From: Candidatus Helarchaeota ASGARD archaeon Hel_GB_B
Lineage (GTDB): Archaea; Asgardarchaeota; Lokiarchaeia; Helarchaeales; HEL-GB-B
Direction: 5' to 3'
Assembly (NCBI GenBank): GCA_005191425.1
Contig: SUPR01000126.1
Coordinates: 1 to 8,283, forward strand
DNA: 8,283 nt
Shown here: one piece after another, positions 6,595-8,283 of the stretch
How positions within the stretch are numbered: position 1 is the stretch's first letter
Layout of the letters: each line of letters opens with the position of its first letter
Notes under the pieces: generated by a model
Seen by the model: only the letters and a program-made list of their open reading frames with translations
What the model was told of the DNA's origin: nothing
Database searches by the model: none
Program-made: the position numbers and the translations under genes

Positions 6595-7650
6595 TTATAA
6601 TGTTGCACCGAAGGCTCCTAAAAAGCAAGGGGCATTTTCAATATTATTTATATCGTTATTAATTGATATATTATAGAAATCGCTATTAAATAAATAACTA
6701 ATATTAACTGGGATGTTTAATTTGTCTTTTAAATATGAATCAATATTTTTTAGAAGTGCCCCTCCCCCACAAAGTTCGATTTCATGTATCGATTCACAAA
6801 GTGACGCTGTTTCGCAATATGCGAAACAGCGATTTATATCTTCTATTAAATAATTCAAAGAAATTTCTATCTGTGGAAAATATTTATACTTTTGTATTGA
6901 TTCTAAATTAATTATCTCATTTATTATTGATGAAGTTTCATTTTTATTTAATTTGTTAGCTCTTATAATTTCGTGTATTAAATGTGATATACCTAGATTA
7001 ATGTTTTTTACAAAGTGTAAAGAAGAACCTTTTAATATTGTCACGAAAGTTGATTGATATCCTATGTCCACAAGTGCTATCATTTTATCTTTTTTAGTAT
7101 TTGAAGATTTAATAAATCCATGAGCAATTGTAAAGGGTGTCGTGTTTATATTACAAGGATATAGATGAGCATTTTTTAAAATATTAATATATTTGTTAAT
7201 TATATCTTTGCGAACAGCAACTAAAACAATATCTATATTATCAGACTGATGTTTGGAACTTGGATCTAGATATTGATAATCAACAATAGCTTCATCTATA
7301 GGAAACGGTATATACTTTTCGGCCTGCCATTTTATTGCTTTTATAATTTCGTTTTCAGGTACACTTGGTATAGTTATATGTCGTAGATATATTGACGGGT
7401 CTGACAGTGTTAAAAAAACCTTATTACCTTTTATTTTATTTTCTTTAAATAGGTCAATAATTGCTTTGCTTAATAATGAGTCATCAACATCAAGTATGTT
7501 ATTGTTCAATAAAATTGGTGAAATTTTGTATCCAGCTGATTTTATTTTATAGGCATTAGAAGAATTTAAAACACTTTGTATAACTTTAATTGAATAGCTC
7601 CCTATGTCTATTCCTATTTTATTATTTTTGCTGAAAAATGGTAAATTCAT
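6595..7650 (-). CDS. pilM: Type IV pilus assembly protein PilM (actin-like fold), 351 aa
   Basis: IGIDIGSYSIKV, IKWQAEKYIPFPIDEAIVDY, VLVAVRKDII, LVDIGYQST and LCGGGALLKNIDSYL motifs; typical PilM length. Confidence 0.95.
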   Translation of the reverse strand: MNLPFFSKNNKIGIDIGSYSIKVIQSVLNSSNAYKIKSAGYKISPILLNNNILDVDDSLLSKAIIDLFKENKIKGNKVFLTLSDPSIYLRHITIPSVPENEIIKAIKWQAEKYIPFPIDEAIVDYQYLDPSSKHQSDNIDIVLVAVRKDIINKYINILKNAHLYPCNINTTPFTIAHGFIKSSNTKKDKMIALVDIGYQSTFVTILKGSSLHFVKNINLGISHLIHEIIRANKLNKNETSSIINEIINLESIQKYKYFPQIEISLNYLIEDINRCFAYCETASLCESIHEIELCGGGALLKNIDSYLKDKLNIPVNISYLFNSDFYNISINNDINNIENAPCFLGAFGATL

Positions 7651-7682
7651 TTAAATTTTATTGTTAGATATTTCTATTTTTG

Positions 7683-8283
7683 TTAAGGTTCTATGTTGAT
7701 AGGTAATTTAATAATAAATTCAGTACCCTTATTTAAATCACTTTTTACTGAAATTGAACCTTTATGGTTTTCAATAATTTCTTGACTAATTGATAAACCT
7801 AAACCTGTTCCTTTGCCTGTTTCTTTTGTTGTGAATAACGGCTGGAATATTTTGTCAATTTTATCATCAGGTATACCGCAACCAGTATCACTAAAAGTTA
7901 TCATAATATAATTATTTTCTTCCTTTTTTGTATTAATTGTTAATATTCCACCTTTTTCCATTGAATCTTTTGCATTAATTATGAGATTTAAAAAAACTTG
8001 ATGTATTTGATTTTCATCAACCATAATCGGTGGTATATCTTTATCAAAATATTTTACGATTTGTATATTACCTTTTTTAAAATGATAATGAGCAATAGCT
8101 AACGCTGATTCAACGATTCCGTTTATATACGTTTCTTTTTTTGCAGGGGTTTTTCGCCTTGCAACATTCAATATACTCTCTGTGATTTTTTGGCAACGTT
8201 TGCCTTGATCTTTTACAATATTCATAAAATCAATGCACTTTTTAGCAATATCACTATTAAGATTATTCTTTTTTAATTCTAAA
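7683..8283 (-). CDS. Sensor histidine kinase, NtrB-like; 5'-partial (end of HisKA plus HATPase_c)
   Basis: N-box IHQVFLNLIINAKDSM, G1 FSDTGCGIP, F-box IFQPLFTT, G2 GKGTGLGLSIS. The frame stays open upstream of the ORF-track ATG at 8225 to the window edge (LELKKNNLNSDIAKKCIDF-MNIVK), so the true start and H-box are outside the window. Confidence 0.93.
   Translation of the reverse strand, partial: LELKKNNLNSDIAKKCIDFMNIVKDQGKRCQKITESILNVARRKTPAKKETYINGIVESALAIAHYHFKKGNIQIVKYFDKDIPPIMVDENQIHQVFLNLIINAKDSMEKGGILTINTKKEENNYIMITFSDTGCGIPDDKIDKIFQPLFTTKETGKGTGLGLSISQEIIENHKGSISVKSDLNKGTEFIIKLPINIEP

Noticed and set aside
6467-6676. Plus-strand 69-aa ORF
   Set aside because: Antisense across the pilM/pilN junction; no SD or motif.
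8223-8225. ATG at 8225 as the kinase start
   Set aside because: The frame is open to the window edge and the H-box is missing downstream, so this is an internal Met.
5994-8225. Identical MNIVK peptide at the pilO start and in the kinase
   Set aside because: Codons differ at synonymous sites and the kinase Met is internal; coincidence in I/K/N-rich proteins.
3780-8283. Shared KNNLxxDIxK peptide between the 167-aa protein and the kinase
   Set aside because: Short low-complexity helical match with no extended DNA similarity.
1-8283. CRISPR array, tRNA/rRNA, IS or integrase, intrinsic terminators
   Set aside because: No spaced direct repeats, RNA-gene signatures, transposase motifs or GC-rich hairpin plus U-tract seen; the window is almost fully protein-coding.

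Overview
Very AT-rich bacterial window in which all 12 credible genes lie on the minus strand; there is no RNA gene, CRISPR array or mobile element. In transcription order (8283 to 1): 3' part of an NtrB-like histidine kinase (5'-truncated by the window edge); pilM, pilN, pilO and a membrane-anchored PilP/GspB-like gene, with no pilQ after it; two tandem stand-alone receiver (REC) proteins; a 130-nt gap with a sigma70-like promoter; a coiled-coil protein with a PilX/GspK-like class III signal peptide; a small EF-Tu-domain-II-like beta-barrel protein; a PilZ-domain gene split by a 1-nt frameshift at an A8 run; a 77-aa two-TM protein; and a large gene missed by the ORF track (2507 to beyond base 1, >835 aa, read codon by codon with no stop) encoding a CbrA/CrbS-like SLC5 transporter-STAC-histidine kinase fusion without a PAS domain. 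The locus looks like a module linking solute sensing, phosphorelay and c-di-GMP to a type IV pilus/T2SS-like machine; that functional link is inference from gene order only. Family calls come from motifs recognised by eye, not database searches, and the organism cannot be identified from this window.
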